From Octopus vulgaris (taxonomy: Eukaryota): 64,000 bases of DNA. Below the pieces are notes generated by a model, which saw nothing but the letters and a program-made list of their open reading frames with translations, was not told the DNA's origin and made no database searches. This document shows, in pieces, positions 1-11,984 of this stretch (position 1 is the stretch's first letter; each line of letters opens with the position of its first letter). The translations under genes and the position numbers were made by a program. The DNA lies in contig OX597817.1 in the NCBI GenBank assembly GCA_951406725.2, positions 152,396,001 to 152,460,000 of the forward strand, given 5' to 3'.

Positions 1-321
1 ATACCTTTCATCACCCTTGTTGCATCCAGCTTCTGGCCCATGTTAATAATTTTGTCCAGTTCTCTCTCTCCAGTACATCAGCCCTTTGAAATCTTCTCCC
101 TGCTCATGTTTTTTCTACAGGTGTTGACCTGCAACAGTTTAAACAGAACATTAGGAGCATTGCTGGTCCCAAAAGGACTGCAAGAGACAAGGACACAGCT
201 CCTTCCCTGGAAATGAAGGGCACTGCTTAAATGATAGTAACATCTATTTTATAATTGTCACACATACGTATGAATGACACCTTTGTTCTCCAACTACTTT
301 AACCTATTATTTTCTTTTCAG

Positions 322-470
322 AATACATGGTTGACTTTGTGATGGGAGAATGTAAACTTGAAGAGTACCTAGAGAAATTCCCCCCATGTGAGAAGAATAT
401 CAGCAAAGCTATAAGTGAACTTTCTGAAGCTGAGACCCTTTTTAACCGAGTGATTCAAGGGGACAATAGA
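322..470 (+). CDS. TTC7B: TTC7/TTC7B internal coding exon (first in window)
   Basis: tttcag acceptor, gtaagt donor, phase 1 to 0. Encodes (E)YMVDFVMGECKLEEYLEKFPP...QGDNR, similar to vertebrate TTC7B MAELLLGESKLEQYLKEHP as I recall it. Confidence 0.9.
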
Positions 471-570
471 GTAAGTGTGATGATTGAAACCATTTATTTT
501 CTCCTTGTATGTTTTTAGTTAGCTCTTTTTAGCTAATATTAATTTCTAAGATTATTTTAACAGTTGACAT

Positions 571-840
571 TCATCATCATCGTCATCATCATCATCATCA
601 GCAGCAGCAGCTAGATCATCATTTAATGTTAATTTTCCATGCTGGCATGAAGTGGATGGTTTGAAAGGACTTGATGAACCAGAGGACTGCACTGAACTCC
701 AGTGTCTGCTTTAGCATGGTTTCTACAGCTGAATGCCATTTCTTATGCTAACCACTTTACAAAGTGAACAGAGTGCCTTTTCCATGGCACTGACTCTTGG
801 TGAGGTCACCAGGTAACTTGCAAGGCAAATCCACCTCAAC
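571..840 (-). mobile_element. RTE LINE 3' end fragment, (GAT)n tail
   Basis: (CAT)n followed by tttaatgt..ttccatgctggcatg..; same sequence as the 3' end of the long RTE at 46104-48778. Confidence 0.75.
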
Positions 841-1072
841 TGATTAATTCTGATTGGACTTGGTTTGCTTTTTGAGGACCAAAATATACCACTGACCGTT
901 CTTCTGAAGCACAGAAATAAGATTCCAGAGCTGTATTGTGTTGGAGGAGCTTATGTAAGATATACATTTCCCAAGTTAAGGAGTATCTAGCCAGATGCAA
1001 AGTTAGATTAGTGAAGCTGCTAACCTGGCAATAAGAGAGGGACCATTGGTGAAAGTGGATTAGCCAGGGCTA

Positions 1073-1270
1073 TCGTCGTCGTCGTCGTCGTCGTCGTCGT
1101 TTAATGTCCACTTTCCATGCTGGCATGGGTTGGACTGTTTGACATGGAGCTGGCTAACAGGGAGCTGTCCAGGCTCCAGCTGTCTGTTGAGACATGGTTT
1201 ATATGGCTGGATGCCCTTCCTAATGCCAACCACTTAACAGAGTGTGCCAGGTGCTTTTTACATGCCTCCT
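1073..1270 (-). mobile_element. RTE LINE 3' end fragment
   Basis: (CGT)n tail, tttaatgtccactttccatgctggcatgggttggac, and ctggatgcccttcctaatgccaaccac motif. Confidence 0.8.
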
Positions 1271-1361
1271 TATGGAATAGAAAGAAGGTGTCAAAGAAAA
1301 AGATCACCACTAAATATGGGCATATCCTAGGGACATGATGCTGACAGAATTGTATCCTTAA

Positions 1362-1579
1362 TTCTTCAGCATTCAGATTAGTCTGTCAAATGTAATGCTA
1401 ATTTATTCATGTTGTTCTGAATTATTATACTATTTCTATCCTATAAAATTTCAATGATGTGATTGTTTAGTTTTAGTATGACATTGTAGAGTAAGGTCAG
1501 GGAGGTCAGATCTGGTTGCTTTGAGCATCAAACAAGTAGAATGTTTTGGCTGGATGTGACCAGTTTAAATGCTAAAGGG
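1362..1579. mobile_element. piggyBac-type MITE (~220 bp family)
   Basis: TTAA on both sides; imperfect TIRs (ccctttagcatt / aatgctaaaggg). Same family at 20987, 25013 and 39268. Confidence 0.75.
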
Positions 1580-2756
1580 TTAAATCAAGGTTTGTTTTAC
1601 TTTGACCCTTGTAATCATATTCTGCAATGGTTATTGAATAATGGTGAAATACTGTCTAGTTGTCAAAGAATTAACTTAAATTCTCTGTACTATTTGGTTT
1701 GGAGGAACACAATCTTAAATTTACATTCCTTGAGGTTGATTTAAATTTCCTTCCAACTAATTGTTGATAAATTTAGGTTCTATACCTGGTAGCATGTACC
1801 ATGATTTCACAAATTGTTTTAGGTGCCTATGTAGTCATGAGTATAGATAGATTGCCTCTTAGCTTCGCCCCATATATAACAGTGAAAAACAGAAAAAGAA
1901 CTACAGTGAATATATAATGAAATCATCTTTGTGACTGAATCCATTTCTTGCCCATATATACAGGTAATCAAAATGATTAGATTATGTTGCGAATGAACTG
2001 AGACAAAAGAAATGTAAAGTTTATAAAATGAAAAGTAATTATATCTATCTATTTAAGCGATTTTGCTCTCTTCAGTTTCTGGATACTATTTCAGTATTAA
2101 AGAAAAGAATACAAGAAATAATTCAATATAGTTACAGTAAATGCTTTGAATACTTTCACTGTTGAGTATTTTAGATTAGTTATATTCACCTTGAGACTCT
2201 TCAATTCAAGCTTCATATCTCATGTTTCAAACCCCATAACTTCTCAATTGAATCTATAATGAGAATCAAGATGTTAGAAACTAGTCATATCCAGCCAAAA
2301 TGCAACATAGAAATGTTTTTTACATATTTTCTTGTAGCTGTCTCAATAGCAATATGGCAACTCTGGTTCCTTACCCAGAACTAAATAGAGATTGCAGTAT
2401 TACCTGTTGCTTATAATAATTCCACTATGACATTTTCGACTGTTCATTAATTAATCCATTAACCATCTGTAATTAAACTATTAAAGTATTAACTAGTATA
2501 ATCTTACTAGATTTATAGTATCAGCTTTAAAAATTTGTTATTGATTAAAAAGTGCTATAAAACTTATTTTATTAAAAAGTTCTGATAAACATTAATTTGT
2601 GAACATTTCAATTTATGGTGTGTGAAAATTTTTAAATGTACTGAAAAAATGCTAACTTTAACCGTTCGTTGTTAAAAATATCTTAGAAAATTGTAAAAGG
2701 AACAGTTTTTTATATTATTATTATTGCATTGTTTTATTCACTTTTACTTTATTATT

Positions 2757-2968
2757 CGAGCTAGCAGAATTGTTAGCACACCTGGCAAAATGCATCTTGG
2801 CATTTCATCTGTCTTTGTGTTCTGAGTTCAAATTCCACCGAGGTTAACTTTGCTTTTTAACATTTTTGGGTGGGGTCAATAAAATAAGTAGCAGTTGAAC
2901 ATTGTGGGTCAATGTAATCAACTTAGCTGCTCCCCCCAAATTACTGGCTTTTTGGCAAAATTTGAAAC
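2757..2968 (+). mobile_element. tRNA-derived SINE, family A
   Basis: gagctagcagaattgttagca head, gagttcaaattcc B-box-like motif, gcctttcatcc..gtcgataaa..agtacc-type central block. Further copies near 3393-3605, 4040-4142, 6480-7570 (several decayed), 25792-26000, 32030-32245, 36565-36770(-), 39024-39254(-). Confidence 0.75.
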
Positions 2969-2981
2969 CATTATTATTATT

Positions 2982-3163
2982 CAGTTCTATATTTAAGAGA
3001 TGAAGAATTATGTACATTATTTACATTTGACAGATATTTGTCCTCATCTTGTTTTATAGATTTATAAGCCCTAAAATTCACTCCTTAATTGCCCATGGGC
3101 ATATGGTGGTTAAGACTGCAGGCTACTAACCCCAAGATTCTGAGTTCAATTTCAGGCAGTGAA

Positions 3164-3207
<44 letters not shown>

Positions 3208-3356
3208 TAACATTGAAAAATACCTTAGGAATGAGAACCCAAGTTCGAAATTTCCCCCAAGACACCTGATGAAGGCTGGAGGGTATATCAGCCAAAACAT
3301 TGTGTTAACAACAAACAAGATGAGGACAAATATCCGTAAAATGTAAATAATGTACA
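2982..3356 (+). mobile_element. tRNA-headed short element with decayed minimal hammerhead and inverted copy of its own tail
   Basis: tRNA-like head about 3090-3160, (AAT)n, hammerhead-like motif 3261-3306. Bases 3011-3054 are the reverse complement of 3313-3356. Confidence 0.7.
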
Positions 3357-4282
3357 TTATTATTATTATTATTATTATTATCATTTTGTAATAAGGTGGT
3401 GAACTGGTAGTATTGTTAGCACAGACAAAATTTTTAATGGCATTTCTTCTAACACATTACGTTCTGAGTTCAAATTCCATCAAAGTCAATTTTGCCTTTC
3501 ATCCTTTCGGGGTTGATAAAATAAGTACCAGTTGAGGACTAGGTCAATATAACTGACTAACCCACTTCTCCCAGAATTTCAGGTTTGGTGCCTATAGTAG
3601 AAAAAAATATTATTATTATTTTGTAATAATATGGTATATTATCAAGTATCAAAATCTTTTATTGTACATTCATTAAAAGATAAAGTGTCAGTCACCAGGT
3701 TGTAGTTGTAAGATAGAGGCTTTGACACTTAATATATAATATTATTAAACATTCATAATTAAGTAACAGTATATGTGTGTCTTTTACAATGGCTGCAATG
3801 ACTCTACCATGATGCAATAAGCAATTTTATATCACTTGCCAAACTAGTGCAACTCAAGACTATATTATATATTTTTCAATTATTTCACATCCATTCTCCT
3901 GGAACACAGTTAATTGTTTTCATAGTTGGATAGACTTTCTGCCATTCACTACTCAACTGCGAAATAGAATTGGGAGTTGTTTGTCTGTCAAGCAAGTAAT
4001 TTGGTTGTTCATCATCGTCATCATCATCATCATCATTATTAAGGTGGTGAGCTGGCAGAATTATTAGCATGCTGGGTGGACTGCTTAGCAGTATTTTGTC
4101 TGTTTATATGTTCTGAGTTCAAATTCAGCCGAGGTTGACTTCCAACAAATTTTTATGTTAATTTGTATTTCAAATACCAACTTAATAATGACAGAATTAT
4201 TTTATTAAATTTGTTGTTATTTTCAAAATTAATTGAAATAAAAGCAGTGTATTTCCAGAGGAATATGGTAACAAAAGGCTAA

Positions 4283-4780
4283 GCCCTCCACTCCCTATGA
4301 AACACAGACCATTGGGAGTTTTTCTCCACTGTTCTTGACTATGGGCTATCTTTCCTGCTTCTTTCCAGTTGGATCCCTACTTTTTCAGTTCTGCCTCAAT
4401 ATCATGCCTCCAGCTATTTTTAAGGTTTCCTCCCTTCTACCTCCCTTGTGGATTCCAGGTCAGGGCTTGATATGTTTTGCAGGATGTCCTTTTTGGATTT
4501 TGCTGTACTGTGTCATATGCTTCCTTGAAGGGAGGCTTTTCTCTCCCAGGTCTTATTGATTTGGAATTGTCATTGATGTTTCTGTAACTTTTTTTTTCTA
4601 GGTAGTAGTGTTGGCCCTATACAAATCCATTTTTATCTTTGGGAAGAGGTGGTTCATATTAATCTGGCCTCTATTCTTTAACCTGTCCAGCATGGGAGGC
4701 CCTATTAGGAGCTTGCTCTTCCTTGGCACAGCTCTCAAGGTCATTGAGGTATACAAGCATCCCACTACAACAAGGATTGG
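4283..4780 (-). mobile_element. Bipartite (5'+3') non-autonomous RTE derivative
   Basis: Minus strand starts ccttgttgtagtgggatgcttg..caatgaccttgagagctgtgcc..tagggcctcccatgctggacagg, resembling RTE/BovB/Expander 5'UTRs. It then runs directly into a decayed RTE C-terminus (QALTWNPQG..NSWRHDIEAELKK). Confidence 0.6.
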
Positions 4781-5609
4781 ACCTAGGGGTGAATTCCTAT
4801 AAATTAGTCCTACAATATTTGGGAAAGAGAAACGCCATCAAGGACAGTGGTGACAATATTGAAGGAGACTTAAGTTCATAGTCACTTTTGTGTCACAATA
4901 TGAATGGGTGTTTAGTACTGACATAACTTTTGGTGATATGCAGGCAGGTGGCATGGTTGTGGACCTACGATTCCTCACGTTCTTGCAAGGTGGCAAAACA
5001 ATATTGATATTATGTCTTCTATAGAGTATTGAGAAGGTGGCCTTAAAACTTGGTAACCAGGGTAGAAACCCAGCTGCTACAGATATGTTAATGAAAGCCA
5101 TTTACAGCCTTTCTTTGTAGACAGCTGAAAAGGATAAAAACAATAGCAACAAAGCATGGAGGTTGCTGACCCTAAGGTGGTACTAAGGTCATGAAAAAAT
5201 AAAGCACCCTGTCTTCATTGTCAGGAACTAACCAAGAGATCTAAGAAATTTTCTCAGTCACAACTGGCAGTGACAATGAGATTCATCTTAAACAAGGGGA
5301 AATAAATCAGTAGAGAGTTCCTTACAACAGTATCACTCCATTTACTGATAAAAATGAGGACTAGACAGAAATTGAAGGAGACTGCCAAACTTCCTTAAAA
5401 AGAAAAGAAAAAAGCGAGGGATCACTCTTTGTGAAATAGAAACACACTCTGATGAATAAAAGCTCCTCTCTTGTGGAGAGGAATCCAACTCTGGTGAAAG
5501 TTTATCCCCTGTGAAAGGGAGTTAGTCTCCAATATCTTCAGAAATAATAAAAACAAAAGCAACACTGAAAAATTGTCAATTCAAAACAAAAAAAAAATTA
5601 AAATTAATA

Positions 5610-6285
5610 AAGTTTTCACCAACCCTGCATGGGCCTGATCCACGTGGAGTGAAATTGCCATGACTACGAGTTGAGCCACCTCCTAAGCCGTTATCATAGG
5701 GACAAGAGAAATTAGTACCATTAGCATAACTGGTATAGTTGGTGATTCCACCTTGATATGCATACCATCCAGCGCCTTCCATACCCTTGAAATGCACCTC
5801 ATCCATATGGGTTCGACACACGACTATAAGCAGCAACACTGCTGCCGCGGCCAGTTATGAGTTCGTCCTTGGAAACAGCTTTCTTCACTTCTACCTGTTT
5901 GCCTGATGATTCAAAATGTTTCTTAATGACACACTTGTCTACACTATCATAGTCAGTGAAGGTAACAAAACAGAACCATTTAAACTTGCCAGTACCCTTA
6001 TCCCTGATCATGTTAATTGTTTCAATTTCACTATAAGGTGAAAATGTGTTTTGAATTTCATCCTCAGTGCTATCTTCTTTGATGCTTCGAATGAACATTT
6101 TACTGACACTAACTTTATTTTCAGGCGCCTCATCATGTGGAATGGCTCGTTTGGTATCCAACTTTCTGTTGTCGATGCAATGTGACCAAGCTTCTTGGAC
6201 CTTGTCCAGTGCTTCTGGTTATACAAATGTAACAAAAGCAAACCCTTTAGACGGGTTTGTGGATGGATTTTTTTATGGTAACAGT
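5610..6285 (-). pseudogene. Processed pseudogene of hnRNP A/B (A1/A2B1-like) RRM protein, 5'-truncated
   Basis: RRM1 RNP1 KGFAFVTF followed by an in-frame stop, linker LDTKRAIP, RRM2 (KMFIRSIKED..GKFKWFCFVTFTDYDSVDK..VEVKKAVSK), then a Gly/Tyr-rich tail with stop and frameshift ending in M9-like GNFTPRGSGP. No introns. Confidence 0.88.
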
Positions 6286-7702
6286 AAAGAGGAACCTATT
6301 TCCTACATGAATAACTGAATAAATTGAACTTAACAGCCATTCAAAAGACCAACAAAAATATTAATAGAACTCTTATGTGAAATGTGTGAGAACAATCCAA
6401 CAGAAGTGCTAATCAGGCAGATGTTTAACATTCATTGTTTTTTATTGTATCTCTTTGAGCCCTTGTGGCTAATATAGGAAAGAAAAGGTTAGACAAAATG
6501 CTTCCTTTGGGATTTTTACACTCTGAATTTAAATCTTGCTGAGGTCTACTTTGCCTCTCATCCCTTTGATATAATCTACTATACCCCAACCCTCAAATTT
6601 TAAGCCTTAAACCTATATTAGGAACAATTAGAATCAAATTTCATTAATATTATAATAAGGGCAGTGAAGCAGATAAAATGCCTTGCAGCTTTAAGTTATG
6701 TCATTTTATTATCAAATCAAATCCTGCCACAGTTGACATTTTTTTTTCATTCTAGTGTCAATTAACTTAAATTCTATGGTTGATTTAATTGACCAAATCT
6801 TTTTCTAAAACTTGTGACTTTACTCTTTAACTTTATGTTCTTGAGATCTAGTTTCATTCTTTGTGAATAAATTTTCCTGAAATTAATGTAAAATTTTAAC
6901 TAACTTTGTTCAGAATGTCCTTAAAATTATTTTTATCTTTAGTATATTTACTTCATTTAAAAAGAAGTGAATTACAAGAATTATCTCCTCATTGTGTTGG
7001 AAGTTTTCCTCCCACAAACAATTGATGTTGAAACAGATACAGCAGCTGTATTTGATTATATCACGGTTGAGTATCAGAAAGGGTAGCCCGTTGGGAAAAA
7101 AATGCCTTGTACTACTTAGCTGTGTCATTTTACATTGAGTTTACATTTTACCAACGGCAACTTTGCCTTTCATAACTTCTAAGTTGATAAAATATGGAGC
7201 AATCAAGTGCTGAAATTGGTTCAGTTATCTATGTCCTACAAATTTGTGAAAAATTGTCATATTACATTGTAATATTTATCAAAATTTGACTTAATTTGAT
7301 TTCAATAATTGTGTGGCCAGTTTTCATGAAAATAACTAGAATAATGAGATATAAGTCAATAGAGTGACTGAAGCAGTAAGGTGCTGTTTCTTTATTATGC
7401 CTTGGTGCTAGTGATATTTGCATATGTCTTATATGCTATGAATTCAAATTCTGTGTTGGTTGACATTGTCTTTTCTTTTTCTGGAATCATTTAAGTAAGC
7501 ACTGGGTCAGTTTACTTGACTGTTCCCTGACTTCTCTAGTTTGTGGTCTTGTACCAAAATTAGAAAACATAATAACTACAAACATGTGTAGGTGCAGATG
7601 TAGCTGTGTGGTAAGAAGTTTGTCTTCTAACCACATGGTTTTGGGTTCAGTGGAACTTTGTGGCACCTTGGGCAAGTGTCTTACACTATAACCCTAGACT
7701 GT

Positions 7703-7734
<32 letters not shown>

Positions 7735-7897
7735 CTATATATATATGTTTGTGTGTATGTTTGGTGTATCTTTGCTTTGACATTGCATAACCTGCTTATA
7801 ATTCTCAAAGAGCAATTCAAGGTTTGACAAACTTTATAATACCTTTGTAAAACTATTTGCTTAATATAAAATTTAAGACTGCTTGTTTTCATTTCAG

Positions 7898-8060
7898 TTC
7901 AAATTCGATGCTCAACTTTTATTAGTCAAAATCCACTACTGTCGTGGCAATTATACTGGTGCTTATGCTTTATTGGAAAAAGCTGATATTGATAACATCA
8001 CTATTAAGTCTCCCTCAATCCGGTTTCTACGGATTTTAGCCGAAGGCTATGCTATTAAAG
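7898..8060 (+). CDS. TTC7B: TTC7/TTC7B coding exon
   Basis: tttcag/gtaagt, phase 0 to 1. FKFDAQLLLVKIHYCRGNY...RFLRILAEGYAIKG; compare TTC7B RLRVIAEAYATKG. Confidence 0.95.
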
Positions 8061-9937
8061 GTAAGTAACATATTTTATTTGTTGGTTGAGATGATTGCCT
8101 TACCTCACTTTCAATGTCTTCTGTTTTTCCACCATAAGCATTGTTTAACTACAGTTAAATGAAGGATAGAAGGAAATCAACTTATGAATTGAAAGATCCA
8201 GTCTTCAGTAACACAATAGGGCAGAATTCATTATGCAGAAATATGTATCCACGGTCTTTGGCAAAATAATGAACTACTTGTTAATTTTCCCATGTTACTA
8301 ATACTTGGATCACTAAAGGTGTTCCTAACCTGTGGTACTAATTTACATTTAAGTGGATGATCCTGGTTACAGTCATCTCCTGGTTACAGACATAACATAG
8401 TGTCAAAGAAAGATATGAATTATCAACCTATCACTCAGTTACTTGTATTTGGTTGCTTTTTAAGTTTTGATGTTTGTAATAACTTAGCTTATTGAAGCAG
8501 CACTGAAGATTTTGTCATCATGTGTACTATGTCTGTTCTGGAGAGGCTACCCCTCTCCCAAGTTATACTCACAGTAAGATTGGAACTCAGTACTACAAAG
8601 CTAATGAAACACCTTATCAACTAAATTATGTTCCTATTGTTTACAACAGCCAGGTGTACCTTTCCATGGTACCAATTTACAACTAGGCAGACTATATGAA
8701 GGTAACCAATACTGATGATAGGATATGAATTGTTGACTCTTTGGCTAATGGTCTCTTTTTTCTGGCCTTGAAGAGGAAGACTAGTCTGTGGGATGCAGTT
8801 TTAGATCCGTTTGGATCTGGAGTCTCTGGAAAGGATTTTTGAGGATAGCAAAGGCCAGAAATTGTAGTGTTTATTTGTGTGTTATTTGAATATTAACTCG
8901 ACTGTATACAACTCTCAAAGTTTAGATGTTGCCAAGATTAATAAAATGATTATTTTATATTCAGCTCTGTGTGAATTGTACGATAACATAATCTGGCTAT
9001 TAGATTTTCATTACCAGTTTAAGAAATATTGTAATTTGATATAAATGTTAAGGATATATTTGTAATGCTTAGCTAATTTTCTGAATCTCAAGGTTTGAAG
9101 GAAATTTGCTGCTATTTCTAGTAAGTTGTGTGACCACATAAATGTTCCTTTGTTGACTTATGAGTGAGTTGTAAGATGAAGTGTATATTAATGCAATATT
9201 TAGGTATTGGGTTGATTACTTTTATCTTTTTTATGATTTTTGTTTCAAACTAAAATAGAATCAATATTTCTACTAGAAATTAATTCAATCTTCCATACTT
9301 AGGACTGTAATGTTCTCTGTGACATTCTCCTGTAATTGATATATTTTTCATCCCTTTTAGTCATGCGGAAAGGCTGTACCCATGACACTGAGAGTAGTGG
9401 GGGAGGGAGGGGAGGAAGGTATTCTCAAGCTGGAGACCTTACCCAATTGCTTGTAACAGAATGGGTTCTGCTAAGAAGGACACCTGAGGCAACAAGTAGT
9501 TGTGATGAACTGAGATAAAAGAATAAAAAGTCTATATAAATTTATAACAGGAAAAGTGGACACAATATCATGGAATTCCATCAGTCGGTAACATGTCATA
9601 GAAATTGTATAAGAAATGGTATGATAAGTAAACAGTAAGCATTCTCCCAAACAGAATCAATAGTAACAGGAACCAGTAACAAAGGATGGGTTTTGAGTCA
9701 AAGAAAACCAACAGCTTGAAGAATACACTTGATGGTTATTGGAAAAGCCTTTCTAATATGAAGAAAGGGTGTTTATGAGTTACTTAACTGTAAAATTAAG
9801 TAAAAGTAAAGTTAGTGGTCGATACTTTTGTTGCTCAGAACCATCACATGTACCCCTTTCTTTTAGTATCATTTTAATTTCATTATAATAAAACATATGA
9901 ACTTTTAATTGTGTATATAAATGATTTCTCATTATAG

Positions 9938-10190
9938 GTCTTTGCTTGGAACGGATGCCCCCAGCAACCACTAGCAAATTTAAAGCTGCTGAGAAAGAGG
10001 AGAAGATAATTCATTATTTTGAAAAAGCTGGTGATCTGGCATTGTTACATTTACAAGAACAGGAGAGGAGTCAGACCAGTGGGCAGCTAGGTGTTGGGCA
10101 GGTATCACTAGCCCCTGTTAACGTGAACGATGTGGGACTTATTTTGGAAACTGCAATACAACAGGCTCCCATTTTACACATTAAGAATGG
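9938..10190 (+). CDS. TTC7B: TTC7/TTC7B coding exon
   Basis: tatag/gtcagt, phase 1 to 2. LCLERMP...YFEKAGDLALLHLQE...LETAIQQAPILHIKNG; compare TTC7B LCLEKLP...YEKAGDIALLYLQE...KNG. Confidence 0.96.
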
Positions 10191-10933
10191 GTCAGTATTC
10201 ATAGTCTTTCTTATCTCCCTTGTTAACGATTATCTCCCTTACATTTGTGGTGTTCATTTCATCTATTCACCAACCATTGATCTTTTTCTGTTGCGGAATT
10301 TATCGATTAGAAACCAGTTACTCATTGATTTTTGATAAAATCGAAAGGCTTAAAATAGATCTTGCTTATTTGTCTGAAGCTAGTTATGATTGCTGTGACC
10401 TATTTTAAGAATGGTAGTGATAGCTTGTGCAAAAGAAGTTGGCTGTGCAACTGCTGTAATAAATATATTATTTATCATTTTACTACAATCATCTTCATTA
10501 TCATCATCAGCTTCATCATCATCATCATTTTCATTTTATTGTAGTCATTATTATAACTGATAATATAATCCCCCCCCCCCATTTTAACCTCAAATTACAA
10601 TTCATCTAGAAATTTCTGTTTGTTTCAGTTTCATTGGGTGATAGTAGAATTCTAACTTCACAGTTGAGTAGTTAGTGTTAAGAAGAACGTTCAATCAATG
10701 AAGTAAAATTATTTCTTCATCCAAACGTTTACAAATCCATAACCTAAAATTAAAAGCTGTTCATACGCCTCTCCTCCCACAAAAAAAAAATAAGCTACCC
10801 CCCCTCTAAACAAATGTAAAAAAACACTGTTAAGCGCTGTACATATTTAATTAAAGGGCACTACTACAAAGAGAATGGGAAGAATACATACTCACATATG
10901 CCTGCAGACACATGTGCGTCTGCATGTGTGCAT

Positions 10934-11580
10934 CATCATCATCATCATCATCATCGTTTAACGTCCGCTTTCCATGCTAGCATGGGTTGGACGGTTCAAC
11001 TGGGGTCTGGGAAGCCCGAAGGCTGCACCAGGCCAGTCAGATGTGGCAGTGTTTCTACAGCTGGATGCCCTTCCTAACGCCAACCACTCCGAGAGTGTAG
11101 TGGGTGATTTTATGTGCCACCGACACAGGTGCCATCAGAGGCTGGCAGACGGCCACGCTCGGATGGTGTTTTTTATGTGCCACCGACACAGGTGCCAGAC
11201 GAGGCTGGCAGACGCCCACGCTCGGATGGTGTTTTCTTATGTGTCACCGACACAGGTGCCAGACGAGGCTGGCGGACGGCCACGCTCGGATGGTGTTTGT
11301 TACGTGCCCTCAGCACGGAGGCCAGTCATTGCGGTACTGGCTACGGTCACGTTCGGATGGTTTTCTTATGTGCCACCGGCACTGGTACCACAAGGATACA
11401 AATTCCATTGATGTTCATCTATTTTGATTTGGTTCGATTTGATTCGATACGATTCGATTCTCACTTGCCTCAACAGGTCTTCACAAGTGTCACAAGAAGG
11501 AAGGTATGCACAGGTGGACTGACTACGTCCCAGGTAGGGGCCACGGATTATGGCTTCACTAGTCTTGCCGGGTCTTCTTA
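10934..11580 (-). mobile_element. RTE 3'UTR fragment with internal ~62-bp tandem repeats
   Basis: (CAT)n plus the conserved 3' stem-loop. Unit ttatgtgccaccgacacaggtgccagacgaggctggcagacggccacgctcggatggtgttt is repeated 3 times with further diverged copies (about 11110-11390). Confidence 0.8.
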
Positions 11581-11780
11581 TATGTATGTATGTGTGATGA
11601 TGATGATGATGATAGTGTTGATATATTTAATTGACAGGAGGCAGCTTCACATAAATAGTAAAGGAATATGATGTGATTACTCACATGCACACACGTAACG
11701 CATACGCATACACACACACACACATGCATACGCACACATGCGCATGCAGTCATGCTGACTCTTGTACTTGCATATTTATG

Positions 11781-11823
<43 letters not shown>

Positions 11824-11984
11824 TTGTTTTAATGTCCATGTTATCATGCTTGCGTAGATTAGACAAAACCTATTAAGGCAGATATTCTAGAGTTGGATGC
11901 CCTTCCTGTTGCCAACATTCATTTGTTTCTAAGCAAGGTACTATTTCTCCCTGGTCAGACATGTTTTTGTAGAATATTGTTCTG

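Noticed and set aside
3090-3160. tRNA gene
   Set aside because: No acceptor stem can be formed and it is embedded in a repeat; treated as a SINE head. The same applies to 39312, 42158, 51350 and 62757.
5449-5510. CTGATGA...GAAAGTT hammerhead-like boxes
   Set aside because: No convincing stem I or stem II adjacent to the core boxes.
9361-9418. Possible cassette exon (ttttag acceptor, purine-rich body, aag/gtattc donor)
   Set aside because: 58 nt would shift the frame, the donor is weak, and the flanking exons already join to match TTC7 (KG-LCLE). Unsupported without RNA data.
10974-11671. Three overlapping 107-185 aa ORFs and a CRISPR-like periodicity
   Set aside because: GC-rich tandem repeat in an RTE 3'UTR; no unique spacers, no cas genes, eukaryotic context.
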